From: a virus
Lineage: Duplodnaviria; Caudoviricetes
Virus record (IMG/VR): IMGVR_UViG_3300047400_000297
Location: 1 to 37,991 of that record
Length of the DNA: 37,991 nucleotides
Reading direction: 5' to 3' (one strand)
The position numbers and the translations under genes are program-made. The notes under the pieces were generated by a model, which worked only from the letters and a program-made list of their open reading frames with translations, had not been told where the DNA came from and did not search any database. Of the stretch, positions 7,318 to 14,367 are shown piece by piece (position 1 is the first letter of the stretch; every line of letters begins with the position of its first letter).

Positions 7318-7858
7318 CTTCGACCTTACCCTGTCGCCCGAGACCATCCAGGAAATCACCAACGCCAGTGACCGCAACCTCACCGCTCCGTCGCCCGAGG
7401 TCAACCCAACCTTCCGCCAGGGCAAGGCGCCCGGCCTCGGTTCGTGGGCCGAGCGCGTCAAGATTCACGACACCAGCCTCAACCCTGTCAAGAGTGACCC
7501 GACCAACTCGAACAAGTTCAACTTTGTTTTGGTGCTGTCGGTGCAGGGTCCGGACGACGGTGGCTATGCGACCAACGCCGGCCGACCCCACTACCAGTAC
7601 TTCTACATGGACAAGGTCGGTCTGGCTTCGTCTGACCCCAAGGTGAGTGGCGGCTACAAGCGTCGCCTTGGTGTCATCAACAGTCTGCTGGCTGCGTGTG
7701 GTGTCGATCTTAGCAGTGGTGTTCCCAGCTACGCTGCCTATTTCACGGGTGACAAGCCGCTCGTCGGGCTCACTGTGAACTCGGTGTTCCGCAAGTATCT
7801 CAATGAGCGGACCGGCGAGACGGGCATCGACATCGATGGGTTTACTGCCGCTAGCTAA
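7310..7858 (+). CDS. Putative ssDNA-binding protein (DUF669-like position and pattern)
   Basis: Follows the Sak4-like gene, SD AGGAG, beta-rich pattern. Function inferred from synteny. Confidence 0.55.
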   Translation: MSDFDLTLSPETIQEITNASDRNLTAPSPEVNPTFRQGKAPGLGSWAERVKIHDTSLNPVKSDPTNSNKFNFVLVLSVQGPDDGGYATNAGRPHYQYFYMDKVGLASSDPKVSGGYKRRLGVINSLLAACGVDLSSGVPSYAAYFTGDKPLVGLTVNSVFRKYLNERTGETGIDIDGFTAAS

Positions 7859-7865
7859 TGGGGGC

Positions 7866-7931
7866 GGGTGGGGTGAGCGCCCCTCTTCTGTCTTGCCATG
7901 GACGGTGAGGCTGGGAGCTGCTCCCCCACCC
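7866..7931 (+). other. Long imperfect RNA hairpin upstream of tRNA-Gln
   Basis: GGGTGGGG/CCCCACCC, GAGC/GCTC, CCTC/GAGG, CTGTC/GACGG, loop TTGCCATG. No U tract. Confidence 0.55.
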
Positions 7932-7940
7932 AACTATCTT

Positions 7941-8014
7941 TGGGGGATTGTGTAACGGTAGCACGCTGGACTTTGGATCCAGCTGTCTAGGTTCGAATCC
8001 TAGTCCCCCAGCCA
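7941..8014 (+). tRNA. tRNA-Gln(TTG)
   Basis: Acceptor TGGGGGA/TCCCCCA, anticodon arm CTGGA-CTTTGGA-TCCAG, T arm CTAGG-TTCGAAT-CCTAG, GCCA end. Confidence 0.93.
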
Positions 8015-8026
8015 ATGGAGAACAAC

Positions 8027-8617
8027 ATGAACTTTGAACGAGGACAGTCCATCTTCACCATGCTTGGTGGCTACGAGCCATCTCGTGCTTCCAATCCATC
8101 GGACGGTACTGACCCCGTCTCAATGGGCATGCTACCTGCGGCCCGCGGGGCGGCCGTGCCGTCCGCTCCTCCGCACGCAGAACCACCTGCCCCCGAGCCG
8201 GACAGAGAGCCGGCCGGGGGACCACAGGTGGCACCCACTTATGAAGACGTCGTACTCTTGCAGCGAGGTGTCGCCTTATTGCGTGGGCGCTCCATTCCTT
8301 TAATGCCAGAGCACACACAATACATTGTGTCGATTCTCATGCACGCCTTGGAGCTTTCCATGGCAAACGAAATCCTGACCATGAGGCAGGAATATGGTCT
8401 GCTCGAGACAAATCAGCTGGGACAGATGGTGCAACCGACCGACGACAGAGCCGGGGTGGTGCGACCGCTGCCGGGAGAAGAACCGGAAGCGGATGGCTCG
8501 GGTGCGCCTGAACATACCGATCCGGTACTGCAAGAGATGCCGAAAGCAAAAGATAAGAAACGAAGCTTGCGTCTCGTGCCTAGCCCTGAGCCGGGAGAAC
8601 CAACTACCGACGCTTGA
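8027..8617 (+). CDS. Hypothetical protein with Pro/acidic disordered ends
   Basis: ORF 8015..8617. ATG 8027 preferred because GGAG lies 6 nt upstream. Confidence 0.65.
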   Translation: MNFERGQSIFTMLGGYEPSRASNPSDGTDPVSMGMLPAARGAAVPSAPPHAEPPAPEPDREPAGGPQVAPTYEDVVLLQRGVALLRGRSIPLMPEHTQYIVSILMHALELSMANEILTMRQEYGLLETNQLGQMVQPTDDRAGVVRPLPGEEPEADGSGAPEHTDPVLQEMPKAKDKKRSLRLVPSPEPGEPTTDA

Positions 8618-8990
8618 GCACAACCTCGTTTACCATAGATTGATGATGGCATTGCGTCACATCCCCGAGATGCAATGCGAAATCACAGGGCTCAGTAAGC
8701 ACAGCCTCAAGAAAATTGGGGAGCGACTTTCTGTTGACCGCATCAATCCATTCTTAGGTTACGTTCCTGGCAATTGCCAAGTGATTGCCGAGTCCCTCAA
8801 CAAGGCTAAAGGCCGAGCCGATCATGTCCCATTATACGCCATCAACCGGCTCCGCCGCCGGGCCTCCCGAGTCAGAGTTGGCAAGTATACAGTGCCCGTG
8901 TGGACGCCCGTTCCTGAAGATGTTTCCGGAACAGATGCGCTGCATGCGCTGCCGGAAACTGCAGTTGACAGCGGACAACAAGCGCAATGA
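8394..8990 (+). CDS. HNH/His-Me finger-like endonuclease with N-terminal CxxC zinc fingers
   Basis: CEITG...LSVDRINPFLGYVPGNCQ...NKAKG pattern typical of phage HNH-like proteins. CDRC, CKRC, CVSC. Confidence 0.7.
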   Translation: MVCSRQISWDRWCNRPTTEPGWCDRCREKNRKRMARVRLNIPIRYCKRCRKQKIRNEACVSCLALSRENQLPTLEHNLVYHRLMMALRHIPEMQCEITGLSKHSLKKIGERLSVDRINPFLGYVPGNCQVIAESLNKAKGRADHVPLYAINRLRRRASRVRVGKYTVPVWTPVPEDVSGTDALHALPETAVDSGQQAQ

Positions 8991-9171
8991 CGCCAATGAA
9001 ATTGAAGCCTTCAACGAATTCAGGGACCAATGGGAAGACCACTACGACGACTGGCAACTGTGGGATCCGGACCACCCGGGCCAACTGGTGTGGGCCAAGG
9101 ACCTGGCGAAACGGTACCGAGAAGCAACACGACCACGTGGACTCCGGAACAATCTGGCGCGCTGGCTCTAA
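8878..9171 (+). CDS. Small zinc-finger protein
   Basis: CPCG...CMRC followed by an acidic, Trp-rich segment. TTG start inferred. Confidence 0.5.
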   Translation: MASIQCPCGRPFLKMFPEQMRCMRCRKLQLTADNKRNDANEIEAFNEFRDQWEDHYDDWQLWDPDHPGQLVWAKDLAKRYREATRPRGLRNNLARWL

Positions 9172-9413
9172 AGTTGTGCAGCTGCTGTCATGTTCTCACA
9201 CCCATGACACAGTTCTTTGCATCTAAACGCAACCGGGATGGATTGCAAGGCGCCTGCAAGGCGTGCTTTGCAATCCATGACAAGCGTTATCAAGCCCGTC
9301 TTGCTCGAGAAATCAGCATTCGAAAAGCAAAGAAACGAGGGCGCCCAATGAAGCGGCGCCCTTATCGTAGCCGCCACAACCCCGATGGGCTGATGCCGGA
9401 CGACCGCATTTAA
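9162..9413 (+). CDS. Small basic zinc-finger protein
   Basis: KLCSCC...F...DGLQGACKAC, a motif usually seen N-terminal to HNH/EndoVII domains. Start uncertain. Confidence 0.55.
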   Translation: MALKLCSCCHVLTPMTQFFASKRNRDGLQGACKACFAIHDKRYQARLAREISIRKAKKRGRPMKRRPYRSRHNPDGLMPDDRI

Positions 9414-9424
9414 CTGGAGGCTGC

Positions 9425-11701
9425 GTGAGCTGTTGGAAAGACGGAAGCCCAGACTCTCAACTCATGATCATTGGGATGGCGCCCGGACATGAAGAACTCG
9501 AACAAGACCTGCCGTTCGTTGGCCCGGCCGGACGACTCCTTTGGACCATGCTCAAGCGATCCGGCATCGACCGAGCCGACTGCTACATCCTCAACATCAT
9601 TGGAGAATGGCCAGCCAGTTCAACAGGCTCGCCCTCGCCGAGCCAGCTCGAAGAGTGGTGGGACAGGTTTGATAGCGCTGTTCATGACTTCAAGGGACGA
9701 GTCGCTCTCGTACTTGGAGGGGACGCCCTCTATCGTTTCACAGGTCTTGACGGAGGCATTACAGGGTGGGGAGGTTATCTCGTTTCAGCTGATGAACGCC
9801 GACCACTTTCGCGACTTCGTAAAGTTACTACCGTTTACAAGACCAGCACGAAGACGCACAAGAAAGGCGACGAGCGAATCCTCCGAGTCCGAGAAACAGT
9901 CCAGCCGCCGGCGTTCTCGGGACTTGTCATCCCGGCCCTCCACCCTGCGGGTGTTCTTCGTACCGGGCTTGCTACGGCCCCTATCTTAGCAAGCCAATGC
10001 CGCAAAGCAGCCCGAGCCATCAACAACACACTCAAACCTTATCGTACTAATTTCCAGCGTCACCCCATCATCTGGGCCAGGCCTAACCTGCTTGCCGTAG
10101 ACATTGAGACGGGCGGCATTGACAATGGCATCAACCGCATTGGCATGGCTCGGGACAACGACGCATTTTCCATTCCCTGGTCGTCGTCTGCTAGAGCTGC
10201 AACTGCTGCCATGCTGGCCAATGCTGACACAACGTGCATCTTCCACAATGGTGGTTTCGACATTCCGCGCCTTGATGCTGCCGGATGCAAGCTCAAGGGG
10301 CAAGTCGTTGACACCATGATGGCAGCCGCCCTTTTGCAGCCTGATCTGCCAAAGGGATTGAATGCCTGTGGTTCGCTGTATCTTGATGTGCCGCGCTGGA
10401 AACATCTTGATGAAGATGACCCCACCATGTACAATGCACTCGATGCTGTCCGCACCTACGAGTTGTGGCAGCAGGAAAGGGATTTGCTTGCCGAGACCGG
10501 ACAATTGCTTTTGTTCACTGACACGATTATGGCTGCACTTCCCACCCTCATTAACATGGGCACCACCGGTATCCGCCTGGATACTGCACGGCGGGACGCA
10601 TGGCTCGGCGAGCTCGGTGAGTCTGGGAAACGGCTACTCGCAGATTGGAACGAGCGAACTGGTGGAACTAACCCGAACAGCCCAATGCAACTCAAGCAAT
10701 TGTTCGCGCGCTTAGGTATGTCACTGCCTTATAACAAAGACGGAGGAGAAAGCGTTGACCAGCTCGCACTTTCAAAACTCAAAGCCGATTACCCCGAGCA
10801 CGCCGACATGCTCAACCTGCTCCAAGAAGTCAAGCGGACCTTCAAAGACATGGAAACTTACGCGCTTGTGGGCGTGGGAGCAGACGGAAGAGTGCACCCG
10901 TCCTTTGTCCCCGCTTACAAGGATGAGGACGGCCTTGGGAAGGGCCTTGCTGGAACTTGGCGCATCACTGCTAAGGACCCCAATCTACAGAATCAACCGA
11001 CCCGAGCAAGGAAAATGTATTGCCCTTCTCCAGGACATGTATTTGTGGGGGCAGACTACAGCCAGCTGGAAGCCCGAATCCTTGCGTGGCTATCTGGGGA
11101 CAAAGTCTTACTCGAAGACTGTGACGCCGGTATTCACGCCCGAAATGCTGAGCGCCTCGGTGTCGACAAAACCAGAGCCAAAAACGGATTCTACGGATGG
11201 GGCTATCTAGCTGGAGCCCGAACCCTCCAGAACACCTTTGCCGCAAAGGGCTTCAAGATTTCAATGAAGGATTGCGAAGAGTTGCTGAATGGCTTTGATC
11301 GCGTATACAAGACAGCTGCCTCTTTCCGCAAGGAGATTTTGTCTGAGGCGCAGGCCCGCCGCTACGTGCAAAATCCATTTGGCTTGCGCCGTTATTTCCC
11401 GCACGCCAAGTGGCCGGCCCCATCTGCCATGAGCACGCACATCCAGTCGACTGGCGCCATTATGATGTGGCGCATTCTGCCACAGCTTGAGCAGGCTGCG
11501 TTAAGTTTTGGCGGCAAGTTGCTTCTTTCTGTGCATGACGACATCTTAATGGAGGTGCCGGAAGATGCAACGCAGAAGGCTCTCGCTGGTATTGTCGAAA
11601 TCATGGAGCAGAAGTTTCCTGAGGTCGCGCCAGGTTTCTATTGTCCAGTCACTCCAAAGTACAGCGACGTTAGCTGGGGAGACATGCAAGATGTCCTCTG
11701 A
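9425..11701 (+). CDS. polA: Family A DNA polymerase with N-terminal uracil-DNA glycosylase (family 4)-like domain
   Basis: UDG-like GMAPG..E....PFVGPAG and LHPA. Exonuclease DIET, HNGGFD, YNALD. Polymerase PNLQNQP, DYSQLEAR, AKNGFYGWGY, VHDD. Confidence 0.93.
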   Translation: MSCWKDGSPDSQLMIIGMAPGHEELEQDLPFVGPAGRLLWTMLKRSGIDRADCYILNIIGEWPASSTGSPSPSQLEEWWDRFDSAVHDFKGRVALVLGGDALYRFTGLDGGITGWGGYLVSADERRPLSRLRKVTTVYKTSTKTHKKGDERILRVRETVQPPAFSGLVIPALHPAGVLRTGLATAPILASQCRKAARAINNTLKPYRTNFQRHPIIWARPNLLAVDIETGGIDNGINRIGMARDNDAFSIPWSSSARAATAAMLANADTTCIFHNGGFDIPRLDAAGCKLKGQVVDTMMAAALLQPDLPKGLNACGSLYLDVPRWKHLDEDDPTMYNALDAVRTYELWQQERDLLAETGQLLLFTDTIMAALPTLINMGTTGIRLDTARRDAWLGELGESGKRLLADWNERTGGTNPNSPMQLKQLFARLGMSLPYNKDGGESVDQLALSKLKADYPEHADMLNLLQEVKRTFKDMETYALVGVGADGRVHPSFVPAYKDEDGLGKGLAGTWRITAKDPNLQNQPTRARKMYCPSPGHVFVGADYSQLEARILAWLSGDKVLLEDCDAGIHARNAERLGVDKTRAKNGFYGWGYLAGARTLQNTFAAKGFKISMKDCEELLNGFDRVYKTAASFRKEILSEAQARRYVQNPFGLRRYFPHAKWPAPSAMSTHIQSTGAIMMWRILPQLEQAALSFGGKLLLSVHDDILMEVPEDATQKALAGIVEIMEQKFPEVAPGFYCPVTPKYSDVSWGDMQDVL

Positions 11702-12026
11702 CAACTACATCCTTGTAGCCGATGGCAGCAGTGGCAGCCCAGACCTTGAGCAGCAGATGGCCAGCCGAATGGTCCGTGCCTTTGAGATTTTCAAAGAGCG
11801 GCAGCGGAAGTATGGCAGCACCAACATTTCCAAGCGTGGACCGGTTGGTGTGCTGGTCCGCCTGGACGACAAGCTCGCCAGGCTGGACAACTCGGTGATG
11901 CGCGGAGCCGCCGAGACAGCCGATGAGACGGTGCAAGACACATGCTTTGACATTGCAAACTATGCGTTCATTCTGGATATCTGCCGGGCTGGTATGTGGC
12001 CAGGCTGGGAGGTGCGCCGTGGCTAA
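11691..12026 (+). CDS. DUF1599-like (nucleotide-modification-associated, all-alpha) protein
   Basis: F..RQRKYG..N, GVLVRLDDKLARL, ETVQDTCFDIANYA. Confidence 0.75.
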   Translation: MSSDNYILVADGSSGSPDLEQQMASRMVRAFEIFKERQRKYGSTNISKRGPVGVLVRLDDKLARLDNSVMRGAAETADETVQDTCFDIANYAFILDICRAGMWPGWEVRRG

Positions 12027-12138
12027 CCATTGCTCGATGCGTGTGTGCATGCATGGGGATTGTTGCTGGGCGCATTGCCCCAAGTGCAGGGAAGAGCATG
12101 CCAAGAACTTCGAGAGCCCATGGGGAGACTATGAGTGA
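12019..12138 (+). CDS. Small Cys/His-rich protein (39 aa)
   Basis: GTG start after GGAGG. HC....CMH..CC..HCPKC. GTGA overlap with the methyltransferase start. Confidence 0.5.
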   Translation: MANHCSMRVCMHGDCCWAHCPKCREEHAKNFESPWGDYE

Positions 12139-13040
12139 ATGTGTTATCTTTATGTTCCGGGATTGGCGGCCTCGACCTCGCCCTTGACCTTGCCACAGGC
12201 GGAGCAGCTAAGCCGATCTGTTTTGTGGAGGGGGAAGCGCATGCGGCCGCAATTCTGGCAGCGCGCATGGAAGAGGGATGCCTGGCTCCAGCGCCTATCT
12301 GGAATGACCTCACAACCTTTGACGGTAGGCCTTGGCGTGGAGTGGTGGATTGCATCACTGCGGGCTACCCGTGCCAACCCTTCTCCATCGCCGGCCGCCG
12401 AGCCGGCACCGACGACCCACGCCACCTCTGGCCCCACGTCGCCCGAGTCAGCAGAGAGTCCGAGGCAGCTCTCATTTTTCTCGAGAACGTCCCCGGCCAT
12501 CTATCCCTCGGATTCGATGTCGTCTGCCGAGACCTTCACAACATGGGTTACAAAGTTGCGGCAGGATTATTTAGCGCGGAGGAAGTCGGCGCGCCCCACC
12601 TCAGGAAGCGACTGTTCATCTTGGCAAACCGCATCAGTGGTCGACTCGCGGGGCAGGGGCTACACTTACTCCAGAGGGCAGAAGGACAATCCATTCCAGA
12701 CGCTGGTGGGACAGGCGCAGAACTGGCACAGCCCGTGTGTGGCGGACTCGGACGGACGGCCACGGTGGGACAAGCGGGCCAGTCCGGGCAAAGTCAGAAA
12801 GAAACCGGTGCCCAACCTGATGGCTCAGGCGATCGAGATGTCTGGCCGCCAAAGCCAGGAGCCGATTGGACTGGAGTTGCCGAGCGATATTGGCCGGTTG
12901 AATCCAGCGTTCGTCGAGTGGCTGATGGGACTGCCGGCCGGGTGGACAGACTTCGCGCCTGTGGGAATGGCGTGGTCCCGTTGGCTGGAGCAAATGCGTT
13001 CATCACTCTTATGAGGGACCTTAATGAAGCTATGGACTAA
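12135..13040 (+). CDS. DNA (cytosine-5) methyltransferase, alpha polypeptide (motifs I-VIII and X)
   Basis: SLCSGIGG, GYPCQPFS, FLENV, PHLRKRLF, RLRACGNGV. No motif IX in this frame. Confidence 0.92.
   Translation: MNVLSLCSGIGGLDLALDLATGGAAKPICFVEGEAHAAAILAARMEEGCLAPAPIWNDLTTFDGRPWRGVVDCITAGYPCQPFSIAGRRAGTDDPRHLWPHVARVSRESEAALIFLENVPGHLSLGFDVVCRDLHNMGYKVAAGLFSAEEVGAPHLRKRLFILANRISGRLAGQGLHLLQRAEGQSIPDAGGTGAELAQPVCGGLGRTATVGQAGQSGQSQKETGAQPDGSGDRDVWPPKPGADWTGVAERYWPVESSVRRVADGTAGRVDRLRACGNGVVPLAGANAFITLMRDLNEAMD
12139..13014 (+). CDS. Nested +1 frame methyltransferase beta polypeptide (TRD-like repeats and motif IX)
   Basis: 291-codon open frame inside the MTase ending RLNPAFVEWLMGLPAGWTD. 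Alternative start ATG 12241 has GGAGG 9 nt upstream. Confidence 0.75.
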   Translation: MCYLYVPGLAASTSPLTLPQAEQLSRSVLWRGKRMRPQFWQRAWKRDAWLQRLSGMTSQPLTVGLGVEWWIASLRATRANPSPSPAAEPAPTTHATSGPTSPESAESPRQLSFFSRTSPAIYPSDSMSSAETFTTWVTKLRQDYLARRKSARPTSGSDCSSWQTASVVDSRGRGYTYSRGQKDNPFQTLVGQAQNWHSPCVADSDGRPRWDKRASPGKVRKKPVPNLMAQAIEMSGRQSQEPIGLELPSDIGRLNPAFVEWLMGLPAGWTDFAPVGMAWSRWLEQMRSSLL

Positions 13041-13713
13041 GCCCAGCATTGTCTTGCTCGCGGCGAGCCAGCTGTTGGTGGATGTTACGGATTGGCCGGT
13101 TTGCACGAGTGAAGCGACGGATGGTGATAAGATTCCGGAAGTTGCGGGACGGGCGTGCTATTGGAGCTATGGAAAGGGAAGGAAGACGAATGCTGCGTAC
13201 CTTGACAACATTATCCAGGCTGGGCACGGCAGTGTTCTTGAGCACGCTCATTGGACTTTTGGCATTATGGGCGTTAGCAGGAGCCTTAGCCATGAGTTGG
13301 TCCGCCATCGTCATCTTAATTTTAGCCAGCTTAGCCAGCGTTATGTGTCTGATATCCTGGAGTTTGTTGTTCCACCCGGGCTCCCTGTGGCGCAGATCGA
13401 AGAGTTCAACAAGTTTTGCCAAGCCGCAGCCGCAACTTACGAAGGGTTATGTAAGGGACTCCCAGACTCAAAGGTTGGTCGGGAGGTTGCCAGAGCTGTG
13501 CTGCCCAACGCCACAGCCACTCGCCTTGTGGTCACGGCAAACACCCGTGCCCTTCGTAGTATGCTCGCGCTGCGGGGGAGTGTGGGAGCGGATGCAGAAT
13601 TCCGCCGGCTCGCCGTCGAGTGGCTCCAACTTATGAAGAAGCTTGCGCCAAACTCGTTTGCAGACATGGACGTTGTCGATGGCTGCGTCACCTCGGAGAA
13701 CCCAAAGGTATGA
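13024..13713 (+). CDS. thyX: Flavin-dependent thymidylate synthase
   Basis: GHGSVLEH, SRSLSHELVRHR...SQLSQRY, REVARAVLP. Confidence 0.95.
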   Translation: MKLWTKPSIVLLAASQLLVDVTDWPVCTSEATDGDKIPEVAGRACYWSYGKGRKTNAAYLDNIIQAGHGSVLEHAHWTFGIMGVSRSLSHELVRHRHLNFSQLSQRYVSDILEFVVPPGLPVAQIEEFNKFCQAAAATYEGLCKGLPDSKVGREVARAVLPNATATRLVVTANTRALRSMLALRGSVGADAEFRRLAVEWLQLMKKLAPNSFADMDVVDGCVTSENPKV

Positions 13714-13895
13714 ACCCGGACAAGATCGCTGAGCTACGCATCAAGATGGAGAATGAACTTGAGCTGTTATTCAATCAGGCCCAGCGACGGGGCAGTGCCC
13801 GCCCGTCGCCGAGCCAGATTGTGGACTGCATGTTTAATGCTGCTGTTGAGTTTATTATGGCTGCAGTTCAGCCTGGTGCGCGTAACCGTAAGTAA
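13710..13895 (+). CDS. Hypothetical protein (61 aa)
   Basis: ATGA overlap with thyX stop, AAAGGT upstream. Confidence 0.55.
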   Translation: MNPDKIAELRIKMENELELLFNQAQRRGSARPSPSQIVDCMFNAAVEFIMAAVQPGARNRK

Positions 13896-14367
13896 CAGTA
13901 AGACTAAAGTTTGCGGCGCTTGTATAATCAACAAATTGTACAGCTGGACAAACATTAATGTCTTGTGCAATTGTGCTTCCGCCAGAAGCAATGTCCTTTT
14001 GTCGACTTAACTTAAGGCAGGTAGAGGAATTTGCAACGGACGGTCCAACATCCAATGCCTGACGCCCACATGGCAGTCCATTTGGAAACGTCATGTGAAT
14101 AGTAGAATAAGCGCCAGCAGCAACAGTATCGTATGCTTCAAGAATTGGAGCAGCATCAGTGTTTACAGAAAACAATGCAAACCCAAATGCGCCCGGATCA
14201 ACTGCACCAGAAATAGTTGCAGTAATAGAATAAATTACAATCTCTAAGTATCCAGAGCCGCCACCATCTCGATCTCGACCAGATGCAGGCACGTGAAGCT
14301 TCATGTTATTAGATCCTAAAAATGTACCATCCGCATATGCGATTTGCATTGCACGACACTTGCTCAT
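13855..14367 (-). CDS. Hypothetical beta-rich protein (170 aa)
   Basis: ATGA-coupled to the beta-helix gene. Last gene of the - arm. Confidence 0.7.
   Translation of the reverse strand: MSKCRAMQIAYADGTFLGSNNMKLHVPASGRDRDGGGSGYLEIVIYSITATISGAVDPGAFGFALFSVNTDAAPILEAYDTVAAGAYSTIHMTFPNGLPCGRQALDVGPSVANSSTCLKLSRQKDIASGGSTIAQDINVCPAVQFVDYTSAANFSLTVTYGYAHQAELQP

Noticed and set aside
5995-7461. 488-aa minus-strand ORF across primase, ATPase and SSB-like genes
   Set aside because: Antisense to well-supported genes, with no recognisable domain or RBS.
13049-13636. 195-aa alternative-frame ORF within thyX as a second dual-coded gene
   Set aside because: Unlike the MTase case, ThyX is complete in one frame and the alternative frame has no motif or RBS.
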